Shown: positions 10,410 to 21,044, numbered from the stretch's first letter. The stretch is 64,000 bases of DNA from Carpediemonas membranifera BICM (GCA_019828565.1 JAHDYR010000066.1:496001-560000); one strand, 5' to 3'. The notes: a model not told the origin generated them from the letters alone. Numbers and translations are program-made.

Positions 10410-10925
10410 TTGGAGCAAGGACCTCACAGGCGGGCAATCATAGGTACTCGGGATACCGGTGGTCACTGGGGTGAAGAGAAGTCGACAGCAGATAAATGTC
10501 ACCCGGCCGGAGAATGGCAATCGTGGGCTGGTCCAGAGGCGTTTTTTAATGGTCACAGGCTCACGCACTTAGCAACCTGGTTAACCCGAGACGTTATTTA
10601 TTATCAGCAAGCGGAGGGACTCAATTTTTTGTTAGCCCGTGTCGCTGATAAAACACCATTAGCCATCTTTAATCCACTCGAGTGAGTGGTGGACTACGAC
10701 AACGAGAGTGATACCACGGACGAGGTCATTCCAGCGGTGTGGCTTGCCATTCACTCATGCATGAACCGGAGCCAACCAACTGAAAAGCAAAGGGAAGCAG
10801 CCAACCCAACAGCATTGTCGCAACCCATAAGGCACGCGCTGGCCCATTATAGGTATACTTCTACTTACTGCCATTCTGACTCTCCAACTGAGTCGTGGAC
10901 GCGACCCCTGAGCCTCGCACTTTAG
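10410..10925 (+). pseudogene. Possible degraded ORF of unknown origin (two in-frame ORFs separated by one TGA)
   Basis: ORFs 10410-10685 and 10686-10925 are contiguous in the same frame; no recognisable motif. Confidence 0.25.
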
Positions 10926-10976
10926 ACCGCAGATGAGTCCACTACACCCGACCTTCACGCAAGCTTAAAGTGCGAG

Positions 10977-11042
10977 AGTCGTGGAGTCACCCTGCGTGAC
11001 TCCACTCCACGACTTTAACTCAATTAATACACGACTTTAACT
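10977..11042. repeat. Inverted repeat/hairpin plus 13-bp direct repeat just 3' of Fanzor copy 2
   Basis: GTGGAGTCAC (10981-10990), 5-nt loop, GTGACTCCAC (10996-11005); CACGACTTTAACT at 11008-11020 and 11030-11042. Confidence 0.8.
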
Positions 11043-12553
11043 GTTGCCAACTCCAAGACAGGGCCTGAAAGGAACGATCAAAGTGCCAAGCTGTACCTGA
11101 TCCTCGTTAACCATGTTAAGATCGACGACAATGTTATACCTCTTGAGAAGGGGAACTATCTCTCTCGCGAACTTTCGATATGGCGCGCAAGGAATGAACA
11201 TACCAGCAGGCGTGGTGAATCCCGAGCTCCCGTAGAAGACTTTCAGGCGAATGGGGGTGGCGATGGGATGGTGGCGACGCCAACCGAACTCCCGAGCCAA
11301 CTGTTGGCCGCAGCGGGCGAAGTGCTTCTGGCGAAGGATGTGGTTCGCAAAGCGCACTTGGCGGAAAGACTTACGCATTCCAGCCTCGAAAATGTCGTTC
11401 GCGTTGTCCAGCACAAACCTAATAGAGTTGTTGATACTCACTAGTCTTGTGCTCTTGAACGACGCGGCCGTCATATCAAAGCCGAAACTTGGCGTCTTAG
11501 TGTATCCGCACTTTGGAAGGACGCCGGAGCTGGTGGAGCCATCGGGGTGCCTGATGTAATACCCTCCGATGGACCTCGCGCCCGGGTCGAACCCCATGAG
11601 GTGGGCATCAGGATCCGGCGCGGGCGGAGCATCGGCATTATTGGTCCCGAGTCGGGGGCGCTCTTTCTCCCGCCCTTTCGCTCGCTTTCGAACAGGCATG
11701 CTCGCATCATGTTGTGGCCGATAGTGGCCGAAGCCTCTCTTAATCGTCACCGCCACACAGACCCCATCGGTGCTCAGGCTGAGCAGACGGCCCATTGACC
11801 TTGGGTTGTTCTGGTATGGTTCCTCCTGCTCTTCTGTCAACGGTTTGGTGGCGTGTGGGAGTGTGGGATTAATTCCCACACGATGACAGAAGTTCCCGTT
11901 CAGTAGGCCCATCGTTTCACCGTAGGCCATGAAGCCCGGTCGGACGGGGGCCATGGGCACGATCGGCACGAGGCGAGGCTGGCGGAGCGACATCGAGTAC
12001 TCCCCGTTGAAGTGGCTGATGAGGCCACTCAACTTCTCCACTCCGTCTGCAATTGCCCAGACGCAAGAGAGAATGCGTGGGGCAGCCTCGGAGACTGGGA
12101 GCCCGTCGTTCTCACCCATGTGAGCCGCCCAGAACAGCGAGGGGGAGACACGCGAGGATCACAGGGTTGACCCTGCCGAGGATGGCGTGAACGCCGGCCA
12201 ACTCCTGCTGGAAGAAGGCCGGAGAGCCAACACCTGCGAGAGCCTCTTCGAGTCGGGCGAGGCTGCCCTGTAGCCTGTCACGGTACGTCTTCACCGTGCG
12301 GGCGAGCCACAGCTTCACAGAGTTGGCGTATCGGGTGAACCACGCCCGGAGACTGGGACTCACTCCATACGACGATACGATGAGCCATGAGCATGCGACG
12401 ATGAACACCATTACCAGCCTATACAAGTGTAGAAGTGAATTTAATGTGGAATAGAAGACAATGAGACGACGTGTGAGCGATTGTGATGTTTGCAGCTGTG
12501 CTGACGTCCACGAAGATGACGCTTTGTGGAAGCCCTGGAGAAGACGATCTCCC
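11037..12553 (-). pseudogene. Fanzor-like protein copy 2, frameshifted and C-terminally truncated
   Basis: Same protein as copy 1, split into ORFs 12112-12426 and 11037-12119 by G5 (12141-12145) versus G4 (3965-3968). Diverges from copy 1 a few codons after VNEDQVQ. Confidence 0.8.
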
Positions 12554-12655
12554 TACCGACTTAAGACGTGAGTAGGAGGGAGACAGGTCAGTGTTGCGCA
12601 GTGTAAACACATTGTTCGACCCTTCAATAGCACTTTAACCCGGTCCTTATCCTGC
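11081..12655 (-). mobile_element. Fanzor-like element copy 2, extended to the CCTTATCCTGC motif
   Basis: Direct repeat of 2905-4459; motif at 12645-12655 is shared with the relics at 28655 and 38941. Confidence 0.85.
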
Positions 12656-12670
12656 GAAGTCAAAGTCACG

Positions 12671-13585
12671 ATGGCCGATTATGACCGAAGGGACCGTCAT
12701 AGGAGGAGACAAACATATGGCAGACGCGAGGAACGTCCAAGGAGGTCAGAATATGATCGCAAATTGAGGCAAGCGGAACGAGATGATGATCAATCGACGA
12801 AAAGAACAGTGTGCGTTACCAACCTTGATATGCGTGTTACCGAGGATGAATTGCGGTCGCTACTGAAGGTTATTGGCGATATTGAGGCGGTCAGTTTCGT
12901 ACGGGACCGTAATTCGGGCAAGTCCAAGGGTATCGCCTACGTGCAGTTCGTCCATGACTGGACTGTCAACACGGCCGTCAAGCAGAGCGGCATGTTGACT
13001 CTAAAGGGCCAACCGGTGCATATAGCTATTCCGGACATCGCGCACCAACCGACCTCGATGACTGCCCGCCGTCAGAAGGCCATCGTCCTCGTAGTCACCA
13101 AACTTCCGGCGGATATGTCCCAGAGAGACATCCGGGAGCTGTTCAGGAAGTTTGGAATGGTGGACTACGTCGACATGAAGGGCTATGACGCCCGCACCGG
13201 CGACGGTTCCGTACTCGTCCGTTTCGCCCGCTTCGACGAGGGCTCGGCCGCAGTGTCGTTCTGGAAAACACACAAGCTGCTAGAGAAGACTATCTCAGTC
13301 CGGCCCGCGAGCGAGGTGAGCCGCATCGAGTCCGCGGACCCTGCCATCTCCCTCATGGACGCCGTTGCCAGACTCCAGGGCGAGTCGGGCGAGAGGGAGG
13401 CGGAGAGCGTCACCGGGGGTGTGCGGATGACGAACCTCATGCGGTCGCAGCTATCGCTAGCCTGGGGCGATGAGGAGGAGGGCCCGATGGCCGCAGCGCT
13501 CAAGGGCGCCCAGGCGTTTGTTGCCAAGGGACGACAGATGTCCCGCCAGGAGAAATTCGAGCAGTACTCCCGCGGGACAGCGTAG
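12671..13585 (+). CDS. RS/RD-rich two-RRM RNA-binding protein (RBM39/RBM23-like splicing factor)
   Basis: Arg-rich N-terminus; RRM1 with RTVCVTNL and RNP1 SKGIAYVQF; second degenerate RRM. Confidence 0.8.
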   Translation: MADYDRRDRHRRRQTYGRREERPRRSEYDRKLRQAERDDDQSTKRTVCVTNLDMRVTEDELRSLLKVIGDIEAVSFVRDRNSGKSKGIAYVQFVHDWTVNTAVKQSGMLTLKGQPVHIAIPDIAHQPTSMTARRQKAIVLVVTKLPADMSQRDIRELFRKFGMVDYVDMKGYDARTGDGSVLVRFARFDEGSAAVSFWKTHKLLEKTISVRPASEVSRIESADPAISLMDAVARLQGESGEREAESVTGGVRMTNLMRSQLSLAWGDEEEGPMAAALKGAQAFVAKGRQMSRQEKFEQYSRGTA

Positions 13586-13688
13586 CCCCAGCCCAACGCG
13601 GACCGAGGGGCAGTAATAAAGCTGGCAGAGCGATATTTACGTGATTTACGGGTCGACGTATAGAATTCCCGCACAGAAGTGAACACAT

Positions 13689-14918
13689 ATGAACAAACTA
13701 ACAAGCATTGAGCTCGGGCGTGTGCTCACTGTCCTTCAAGAGCTCATTGACAAATACAAGATGCTTCATGAGCTAACCGACGATGTGTTTGGCATTGACG
13801 ACGATGAATTTGCCCGCACGGAGCAACCACTGGACGTTGCTGAGATTATTGGCGCCGACAAGGCTCAAACACTGATCAAATACGTGCAACAGCGTATTCG
13901 GTACCAGCGCATCCTGCAGCAACTCGAGGAGTGCCGCACGGTGTCGACGAAGACAGCGATGCTCAAGGACGTCCAGAGCCAGGCCGTGGAGGTCGAGCGC
14001 ACCTTCCAGCATGCAGCGAGTGAGGCTGCGGCCGTCATGGTCCAGGCCCCCGAGCTGTACCGGCAGATCATGGTCCACCGCGCCCACGGAGCCCTGCCCA
14101 CGAACCCGCCAGACGCCAGCATGACGGCGTTTATTGAGATCCTACACGGGCTGTACGAGCTGATGGAGACCCGTATGTCGATGTCCGTCGACGAGGACCG
14201 TGAGCGGGGCGAGCACGCCCTAGAGATGGCCATACGGGAGAAGCGGGCCACGAGCACGCTAAAACAGCTCGAGAAGGAGCTCGAGGACAAGCAGCATCTG
14301 CACACGAAGACCGTCGACGACCTCGACGACCGATGCACGAAGCTCCAGGCACAACTGCAGGACGTCATCACGACGGCAGCCACGCTCATCAAGAACCTCG
14401 AGGCCAAGACGGCGCAGGACGAGGAGGCCGATGCCGAGACCCACGCTCAGAACATGAAGCAGCTTGCTGAGGACCGTGGCAAGTTGCTCGACGCCCTCGC
14501 CGAGGCGTCCGCCGCCAACAAAGAGAAGGAACTGTTGCTGCGGAAAAAGAAGGTCCGTGCTGAGGCGAACGTCGCCGCGATTATCGCGAAGTACGACGCC
14601 GACCTGCTAGTGCTGGACAAGAAGCTTCAGGGGCTGCGGCGGAAGTTCGCCAAAGAGAGCGCTGAGATCGAGGTGCTGGAGGAGAAGCTCAAGGACCTCG
14701 CCGAGAAGAAGCGGGGCGAGGAGCTCGTGGCCGAGCGGGCGGCGCTGGAGCAGAAGCGGCACTACTGGCTGACGAAGCGGGCCTCAGACATGTTCGCGAT
14801 GAAGATACAGCGGGCATGGAGGGCTTACAAGGCATACAAGGCCGAGATGGCCGCACTGCGCAAGGGGAAGGGAAAGAAGGGCAAGAAGGGAAAGAAGGGG
14901 AAGAAGGGGAAGAAGTAG
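13689..14918 (+). CDS. DRC10: Dynein regulatory complex subunit 10 (IQCD)
   Basis: KLTSIELGRVLTVL N-terminus, long coiled coil with IAKYDADL, IQ motif IQRAWRAY, and KKGKKGKK tail. Confidence 0.8.
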   Translation: MNKLTSIELGRVLTVLQELIDKYKMLHELTDDVFGIDDDEFARTEQPLDVAEIIGADKAQTLIKYVQQRIRYQRILQQLEECRTVSTKTAMLKDVQSQAVEVERTFQHAASEAAAVMVQAPELYRQIMVHRAHGALPTNPPDASMTAFIEILHGLYELMETRMSMSVDEDRERGEHALEMAIREKRATSTLKQLEKELEDKQHLHTKTVDDLDDRCTKLQAQLQDVITTAATLIKNLEAKTAQDEEADAETHAQNMKQLAEDRGKLLDALAEASAANKEKELLLRKKKVRAEANVAAIIAKYDADLLVLDKKLQGLRRKFAKESAEIEVLEEKLKDLAEKKRGEELVAERAALEQKRHYWLTKRASDMFAMKIQRAWRAYKAYKAEMAALRKGKGKKGKKGKKGKKGKK

Positions 14919-15059
14919 ACCAGCGCACTTGTGTAAATACGACGCCACCCACCCACCGGCAGAGCCCAGTCGGTCATTCGATCTGTGTGTACAACTTTTA
15001 CAAAGTCTCACAGTGGGTCGCGAGCTTGCTTGTCGTGCAAGAATACTCCTTGAGTAACA

Positions 15060-15671
15060 ATGGAAGGATCCATCAGCACACCTACTGATGCTATAGAAGA
15101 GAGCACCGTCTTCCAGTTCACTTTAGCCTGGGGACCATCCCGAACAAACCATTCCATTCAGCATGTGGTGAAAGCAACGATGATCGGGCCAGATCCCATT
15201 TATGCCAGAAAGAAATCGGTCCGTGTTGTCCGCCCACAGTCCACTTCTGCCAGCCGAGTGGAATCGGCCGAGAACTCTGCTGACGAGGAGGAGATGCCCG
15301 AGGAGGACGACGAGATGGCGTTCCTCAACACACATCTGACGCAGCGGCAGCTTAGTAGGATCGCTTCCGAGGCGAACGGAACCTACAAGTCCGTGGGCTT
15401 CGAGCGAAAGACAGCTGCCCCGCTCTCCGAGGAGGAGCAGGCAAGACGCAAGGCCGTCAACACCAGGAGGAAGAGGCAACAGGTCCAGCGGGTGATTGCG
15501 GACGCCGAGGCGGTATACCGTCGCCTGCTCAACCCGCAGTCGAGCAAGAAGGCGACATCCGCGGCCCCCAAGCGGGTTACGCTGGGCAAGGGCATCCACA
15601 CGGTGTACAGCAAGAAGGGCGTATTCGTTGGGTTGCCAAAGGGCGGGCCCAAGGATCTCCGCCTTCGGTGA
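15060..15671 (+). CDS. INO80 complex subunit B/Ies2 (PAPA-1)-like protein
   Basis: Acidic stretch then LTQRQ, followed by LSEEEQARRK...RRKRQQ...RRLL as in Ies2/INO80B; similarity judged by eye. Confidence 0.5.
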   Translation: MEGSISTPTDAIEESTVFQFTLAWGPSRTNHSIQHVVKATMIGPDPIYARKKSVRVVRPQSTSASRVESAENSADEEEMPEEDDEMAFLNTHLTQRQLSRIASEANGTYKSVGFERKTAAPLSEEEQARRKAVNTRRKRQQVQRVIADAEAVYRRLLNPQSSKKATSAAPKRVTLGKGIHTVYSKKGVFVGLPKGGPKDLRLR

Positions 15672-15700
15672 GCCTGACGATTAGTAATAAAATGACCGGG

Positions 15701-16387
15701 CCGGGCGTTTATTTAACGGTTGGAGACGGCGACGCGCTCGAGCTCGTCCTTCTTCTTGAGGGCGTAGGACTTGGTGTCGTTGTTGGCGGCGGCGATCAGC
15801 TCCTCGCAGAGGCACTCAGCGATGGTCTTGATGTTACGGAAGGAGGCGTTGCGGGCGCCGTTGGAGAGGAGGAAGAGGGACTGGTTGACGCGGCGGAGGG
15901 GGGCGACATCGACGGCCTGGCGACGGGCGACACCACCACGGCCGATACGGGTGGAATCCTCACGGGCACCGCAGTTCTGGACGGCGTTGACGAGGATCTG
16001 GAGGGGGTTCTCGCCGGTGAAGAGGTGGATGAGGTCGAAGGTGTGCTCGACGATCTTCATGGCCATCATCTTCTTGCCGGTGTTGCGGCCGTGGTACATC
16101 ATGGAGTTGGTGAGGCGCTCGACGATGGGGCAGGAAGCCTTCTTGAAACGCTTGGCGCTCCAGCGACCGGCGGAGTGGGGAACACGGAGGGGAGTGATGG
16201 TGATGTAGTCCTCAAGGGAGAGGTCCTCGCACTTGATATCCTCAAAGCTCCTGGGGTAAGATTGGCACGTGTACGGCTACAAACCACTTGCCGAAAAGCA
16301 GCTGGGACTCCATTCTTGTTCTCGGGGAGAAAAGGCTCAGCCTTGCGTGAAAAAAAGTTGCGACGCCGGACGGCCTCGCGACGCTGC
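15701..16387 (-). repeat. 687-bp inverted duplicate of 7-693
   Basis: Identity spans the promoter, CDS, intron and 3' signal; no differences noticed by eye. Confidence 0.93.
15713..16313 (-). CDS. RPS5: 40S ribosomal protein S5 (uS7), copy 2; intron 16251-16284
   Basis: Reverse complement of 81-681, including the intron. Confidence 0.97.
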
Positions 16388-16604
16388 GGGGCGTGCGCGT
16401 GTATGTTGTACAGTGTCCAGCTGGTGTCAATTGTTGCAATAGCATTACATCTTCGTCGTCAGTTCCATCAAGGCCATCCCCCATTCATCCCAAGCAGCCC
16501 ACTAAACAGCAGACATTCATCTGTCACGAGGGGTTGAGTCGTCTGAGGGCCGATCAAAAGTCCCTTCATGATTGGAGTGTCATTCGGGAGAGATTGACAA
16601 AACC

Positions 16605-17624
16605 ATGAGCGCTGCAGCGAAAGATGACAGTAATCAACTATTTAGTCTTACTTGGTTCGAAAGAAGTGGACTGGCATCACCAACACAACTATTAGTTGGT
16701 TCATTCTCCTCTTTTGAACAGAATTCTCTCGTCGTGCTTTCATACGACGTAGAGAACCGCACTGTACAACAGACTCAGCGAATTAATCATCATTATGCAC
16801 CCCTTGCCCTGGAAGTTGCGCCCAAGCTGAACAACGGAATCGTGGCCAGCTGCAGCGATAACGTATACATTTGGGACCTCCGCGCGGAGCCAGCTGCGGG
16901 GCAAGAAACCATCCCATATGCTCTAAGCGAGACAGCGCAGGCGGCTTCTGTTGTTCCAATCTGTGCGCTGTCATGGGACCCGGTCATGGACGGCCTGCTC
17001 GTGGCCGGCCAGATGGACTCGACCTGCACTATCTGGGACGTCGAGAAGCGGGCACAGACCATATCGTTCCGAGGTGGGTCCCAGGAGCTGCTGGACGTCC
17101 AATTCTGCCCCAGCTCCAGGCTCATTGGCACCGCAGCCATTGACGGCGCCCTTCGTCTTATAGACATGCGGACTGACCCCAAGAGGCCGTCTGTCACGGT
17201 GACCTACGAGCACCCTAACCTGGCACCGGTGACGGGCCTCCACTGGTACCCGCAGGACACGAACCTCATTGCCTGCTCGACAGCTGCCCCCAATGAACTC
17301 CTGCTCCTCGACATCCGCAAGCCAGGGGAGGTCATCGTCTCCGAGACATCGGAGTCTGCCGTCGTCGACATGGCGTGGGCTCCACAGTCAACGCTGCCCA
17401 AGACAATCGCCGAGACTAGCGAGGACAGGCGTCTTCGTATCAGGGCGTTCGGTGGGAGCGAGACCATGTACGAGCAGGGTGAGCATCTGGTGGGTGAGCC
17501 GGGCCAGGTGGCGTGGCGACCGGGGGTCAACCCTGTCGTCGCCGCCGTGGCTGGGTCTACCGTGACGCTGTGGGATACAGAAGCTGGGCATGGCGTATCG
17601 TGCTCGGTTAACATGTGTACGTGA
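16605..17624 (+). CDS. WD40 protein, DCAF7/AN11/TTG1-like
   Basis: LLVGSF...N, HHYAP, YIWDL, DSTCTIWDVE, DGALRLIDMR, YEHP and WAP motifs in DCAF7 order. Confidence 0.75.
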   Translation: MSAAAKDDSNQLFSLTWFERSGLASPTQLLVGSFSSFEQNSLVVLSYDVENRTVQQTQRINHHYAPLALEVAPKLNNGIVASCSDNVYIWDLRAEPAAGQETIPYALSETAQAASVVPICALSWDPVMDGLLVAGQMDSTCTIWDVEKRAQTISFRGGSQELLDVQFCPSSRLIGTAAIDGALRLIDMRTDPKRPSVTVTYEHPNLAPVTGLHWYPQDTNLIACSTAAPNELLLLDIRKPGEVIVSETSESAVVDMAWAPQSTLPKTIAETSEDRRLRIRAFGGSETMYEQGEHLVGEPGQVAWRPGVNPVVAAVAGSTVTLWDTEAGHGVSCSVNMCT

Positions 17625-17883
17625 GCCCACTGTTGATATGCTCACTCTGTTCACGGATAAACGTTTGGCTCGAAGGATATCGCTCGTGAGCATTCCGACT
17701 CAATTGCCGGAAACGAGTCCACCAGAAATTATGAAGCATGGTACATACTGCACTGCACTCATAGGCTCCCTTGCCCAGCCATTAGTCGTCAAATCAACAG
17801 GCGAGTAATTGCACTTTAGCTCAAGTTTTTTTTCCTCAAAACTTTTTCGGGAAAAAAAGTTCCTTTCGTCGCTTGGATCAGTA

Positions 17884-18284
17884 ATGGGTTATCACATCCC
17901 TAAGGCTAACAGACGCACTGTGTACGAGTACCTTATCAAGGGTTTGTTCATTTATACGCTTGATTTTATCCAGAGGGCGTCATGGTCGTCAAGGCTGATC
18001 AGAACCTCCCCCGCCACGCTGACCTGAAGCTTCCCAACCTCCACGTCATGCTTATCATGCGTTCCATGGAGTCCCGCGGCTACGTCCGCAAGCAGTTCGC
18101 CTGGAAGGTTCAGTACTGGTTCCTCACCGATGAGGGCATCAACTTCATCCGTTCCGAGCTCAACCTTCCCGAGCAGGTTGTCCCCGAGACCATGAAGGCC
18201 AAGGCCCCCGCTCCTCGTGCTGAGCGCCGCGAGTTCCGCCGTGACCGCCCTCGCCGCACCGACCAGCGCCAGATGCGTTCCTAA
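17884..18284 (+). CDS. RPS10: 40S ribosomal protein S10 (eS10); intron 17942-17973
   Basis: Spliced MGYHIPKANRRTVYEYLIKEGVMVVK...PNLHV...SRGYVRKQFAW...YWFLTDEGI...VPET. Confidence 0.96.
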
Positions 18285-18551
18285 GCAATAAAGTGCTGCG
18301 TCATAAATAAAACGGAAACATGAATCAGGCAATCAAGATGAACGGGTACTGATGCAGCCCAGCAATGGTTTCGCGAGGAGTCGAGCCCTGATGATCTTGC
18401 ATCAAAACTGGTCGACCTGAAATGGCAAGAATTATCTGACACTCATTGCTCTCCTGTAAGTCTTCGAATTGACTTGCTTGGCCTTGCCAGGTCCTCAGGA
18501 CCGGAACGGGGACGTCGTCTCGTCCTAAACTGCTGCCAGCCAAAATTCTCA

Positions 18552-19320
18552 ATGGGCGACGTAGGGGAGGACAACCCGATCAAGATTTGGCAGCATGACA
18601 CGCCACATGATATTTACGAGTTTGTATCTGCTTCTGCTTTCACACAGAGCCCTTAAAGCCAAGCATTCCGAGCTTGTTGACCAGTTCGACGTTTTGAAGG
18701 AGTCTGAGCTTCTAATGCACCTCCAATTCGCATACGAGCTTCACAAATTTGACAAAATGCTACACAAACACGACCCGCCGATGGCTCTGCCGTCCCATGT
18801 CGGGGACGGCATTCTCGACATCGTCCCCGTCGCCATCCAGATCCTGAAGGACCCCGCTGGTACACAGGAGATGCTGTACACCACATGCTCCTCGAGATTG
18901 GAGGATGTGTTCGCCGCGCCGCGCCCCGAGTCCGCCGTCCCACGGGAGTCAGCCACGTCCACACCCGCTCCAGGGGACCGGCCGGAGTCCCAGGAGCAGA
19001 GGGAGCCGGAACTGAGCGAAGCGGACGAGGCGCAACTGGGCGACGTGATTCTTGGCCTGGTGACGGATGTGGCGACGCACTTCCAGCTGTACCGGGCAAC
19101 GTGGGGCAGCCCGACCCAGGGTGTTCCTACCACAGTCCGCATGCCGCCCCCACTCAGACCAGTGGATCTCAAGGAGCTGCCAGCGTTGCAGAAGGCGACG
19201 CTCAGCACTGAGATCGGCGACCTCGTCTCGGCGGTGGCCGGCAGCGTGTTGCAGAACACGACCAAGGACATCGCACGGACGATCGCAGAGCTGATGGGAC
19301 AGTCGAAGCCGGCCGAGTGA
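18552..19320 (+). CDS. Hypothetical protein, possibly CFAP119/C8orf74-like; intron 18620-18647
   Basis: A 28-nt GTTTGT...CACAG intron joins MGDVGEDNP...IYE to ALKAKH. The THFQLYR motif weakly resembles the CFAP119 family. Confidence 0.55.
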
Positions 19321-19529
19321 GTCCGGATAGAATAAAGATGATGGCGCGATGCCGTCCGAGAGATCGAGAATGGGGGTCAGAAGAAGGCATCTGCGCCCCA
19401 TCAAGTCCACAACAGTTGTTATTGCCTGTCCTCTCCCCTCTGGCTCCGGTAAGGTAAGGTAAGGGAGACCCCAGGCCGTTTACTGTCATGTAAAGGAGGC
19501 AGCGTTAATCCCGACACCCGAGCTCAACG

Positions 19530-20669
19530 ATGGGAGGAAAGAAGGTTTCGATCAGCGAGCTTAGGGAACAGTTGGAACAGCTTGTTGAGGAGACTGAAAC
19601 CATTCAGGTCACAGAAATCAAGCATGCTGTCCAGGAGCGTCGTGGTGGGCAGCTTGCTGACCTCAATGAGGAGGTGGATGCCATTTTTGAGGCAATAAGG
19701 AAGGAAAAGGAGGCAGAGAAGCGCGCAAAGATTAGGCGGGCGACAAGCGGTGCTGGTGGTGAGCAGGTCATGCAGATGGGCAAGCGGGCCCGTCTCAACG
19801 ACATGTCTGGCTCGCTGCTTGCCCAGCCAGACGGCTCAGTGCAGCCTAAGAAGCCAAAAGCAAAGAAGTCCATGAAACCCGGTGTTTCCAGCTGGAACAA
19901 GCTTCTGACCGACGCCTGGGAGTGCTACCGCCAACCCGCTAGCCGGAAGGAGGCGGGTGTCCTCCTCGCAGAGATCCTGGAGCCCTTGCCTAACGCCATG
20001 GTATCCTTCGGGACGCAGGCGAGCTTGCTAACGGGCGTGCTGAACATCCTGATCACCAAGGACGCCCCCCTGGAGGTCGCCATCCTTGCCTTGCACCCCC
20101 TCATCCGCCTCATGACCGAGAACAGGGTCGACTCAGCCATATTCCAGCACACATACCGCCTGCTCACACCCAGCGCCGTCGCCTCTGAGCAGGGTCCCAG
20201 TCTGCTGCGGGTAGCTCGCGTCCTTGTGCTGTCGGCGCAGATCTCCAACAAGATGGCGGCGTCATTCACCAAGAAGCTGCTCCAGATCGCCCTTCAGGTC
20301 CCCCTGGCGCCATGCCGCGAATGTGTTGCCATAGCCGTTGCTGCCCTCACCAGACACGGCAGGACCCGCGCCGCCCTGCTGTCCGGCCCGGAGACCAACC
20401 AGCCCGACCCGTTCAAGGCCGACGAGCCCGACCCGGAGAAGACGGAGGCGGACAAGTCCTCTCTGTACGAGCTGCAGACACTGCTGCGGCACTACGACCC
20501 GGACATCCGCAGACACGCCCTCGTCCTGGCAGAGGGCCGGGTCCCTGCAACGACGCGGGACACAGTGACGTCACTGTTCGGCGGCCTGCCCGAGGACGCA
20601 GGGGCCGTGTCCGAGGCGCCCGTGTCGGATGAAGTCTGGGGGGAGGCGGATGACTTGTTCGGGTTGTAG
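19530..20669 (+). CDS. Nucleolar complex protein 3-like (CBF/Mak21 domain), shortened
   Basis: AASFTKKLLQIAL and DPEKTEA...LYELQTLLRHYDPDIR match the NOC3/CBF C-terminal domain. Confidence 0.7.
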   Translation: MGGKKVSISELREQLEQLVEETETIQVTEIKHAVQERRGGQLADLNEEVDAIFEAIRKEKEAEKRAKIRRATSGAGGEQVMQMGKRARLNDMSGSLLAQPDGSVQPKKPKAKKSMKPGVSSWNKLLTDAWECYRQPASRKEAGVLLAEILEPLPNAMVSFGTQASLLTGVLNILITKDAPLEVAILALHPLIRLMTENRVDSAIFQHTYRLLTPSAVASEQGPSLLRVARVLVLSAQISNKMAASFTKKLLQIALQVPLAPCRECVAIAVAALTRHGRTRAALLSGPETNQPDPFKADEPDPEKTEADKSSLYELQTLLRHYDPDIRRHALVLAEGRVPATTRDTVTSLFGGLPEDAGAVSEAPVSDEVWGEADDLFGL

Positions 20670-20784
20670 GCTGTCGGCCTTTGTAAATGTGCGGATATTA
20701 CGCCGTGGGATCGTTTTGAGGCAATTACATATGACACGTAAACGCGTAAACTTCCCATTCGCAGTTTGAGACAACGACACGAAA

Positions 20785-21044
20785 ATGGTCAACGCGGCTG
20801 TCTACGTTGATAGTGTGGCGCAATTCTCCAAGCTCGCCGAAGAAATGGCAGCTTCTGATCGCGAAAACGTACGTTCCTTCTTGAGGTTCTCATACAGACG
20901 AGATTCACGTTTACTGTGAAGAAGGACACTAATCAGGTTGTTCTGAAGGTGACAGATGACAAAAAGGTTATCAAGTTCAAGACTGATAAGGCTGTTATGC
21001 TCGACAGCGTCTTCAGCCACCTCATGCTCACTTTCAGCCAATGA
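20785..21044 (+). CDS. SRP9: Signal recognition particle 9 kDa subunit; intron 20869-20897; absent from the ORF track
   Basis: Spliced MVNAAVYVDSVAQFSKLAEEMAASDRENTRFTFTVKKDTNQVVLKVTDDKKVIKFKTDKA... carries the SRP9 LKVTDD..K.KT signature. A second intron could move the stop to 21097. Confidence 0.8.

Noticed and set aside
12141-12145. Programmed frameshift in Fanzor copy 2
   Set aside because: A single extra G in a homopolymer relative to intact copy 1; mutation or sequencing error is simpler.
14862-14915. AAGAAGGG microsatellite-like tract
   Set aside because: Encodes the normal KKGKK tail of DRC10.
15668-16537. 289-aa plus-strand ORF, and similar antisense ORFs over Sec61, biotin ligase and the LRR genes
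   Set aside because: Antisense shadows of strongly codon-biased real genes.
18335-18420. Box C/D snoRNA candidate (AAGATGA, CTGA, TGATGA, CTGA)
   Set aside because: The C box is imperfect, there is no terminal stem, and I could not recognise an rRNA-complementary guide.
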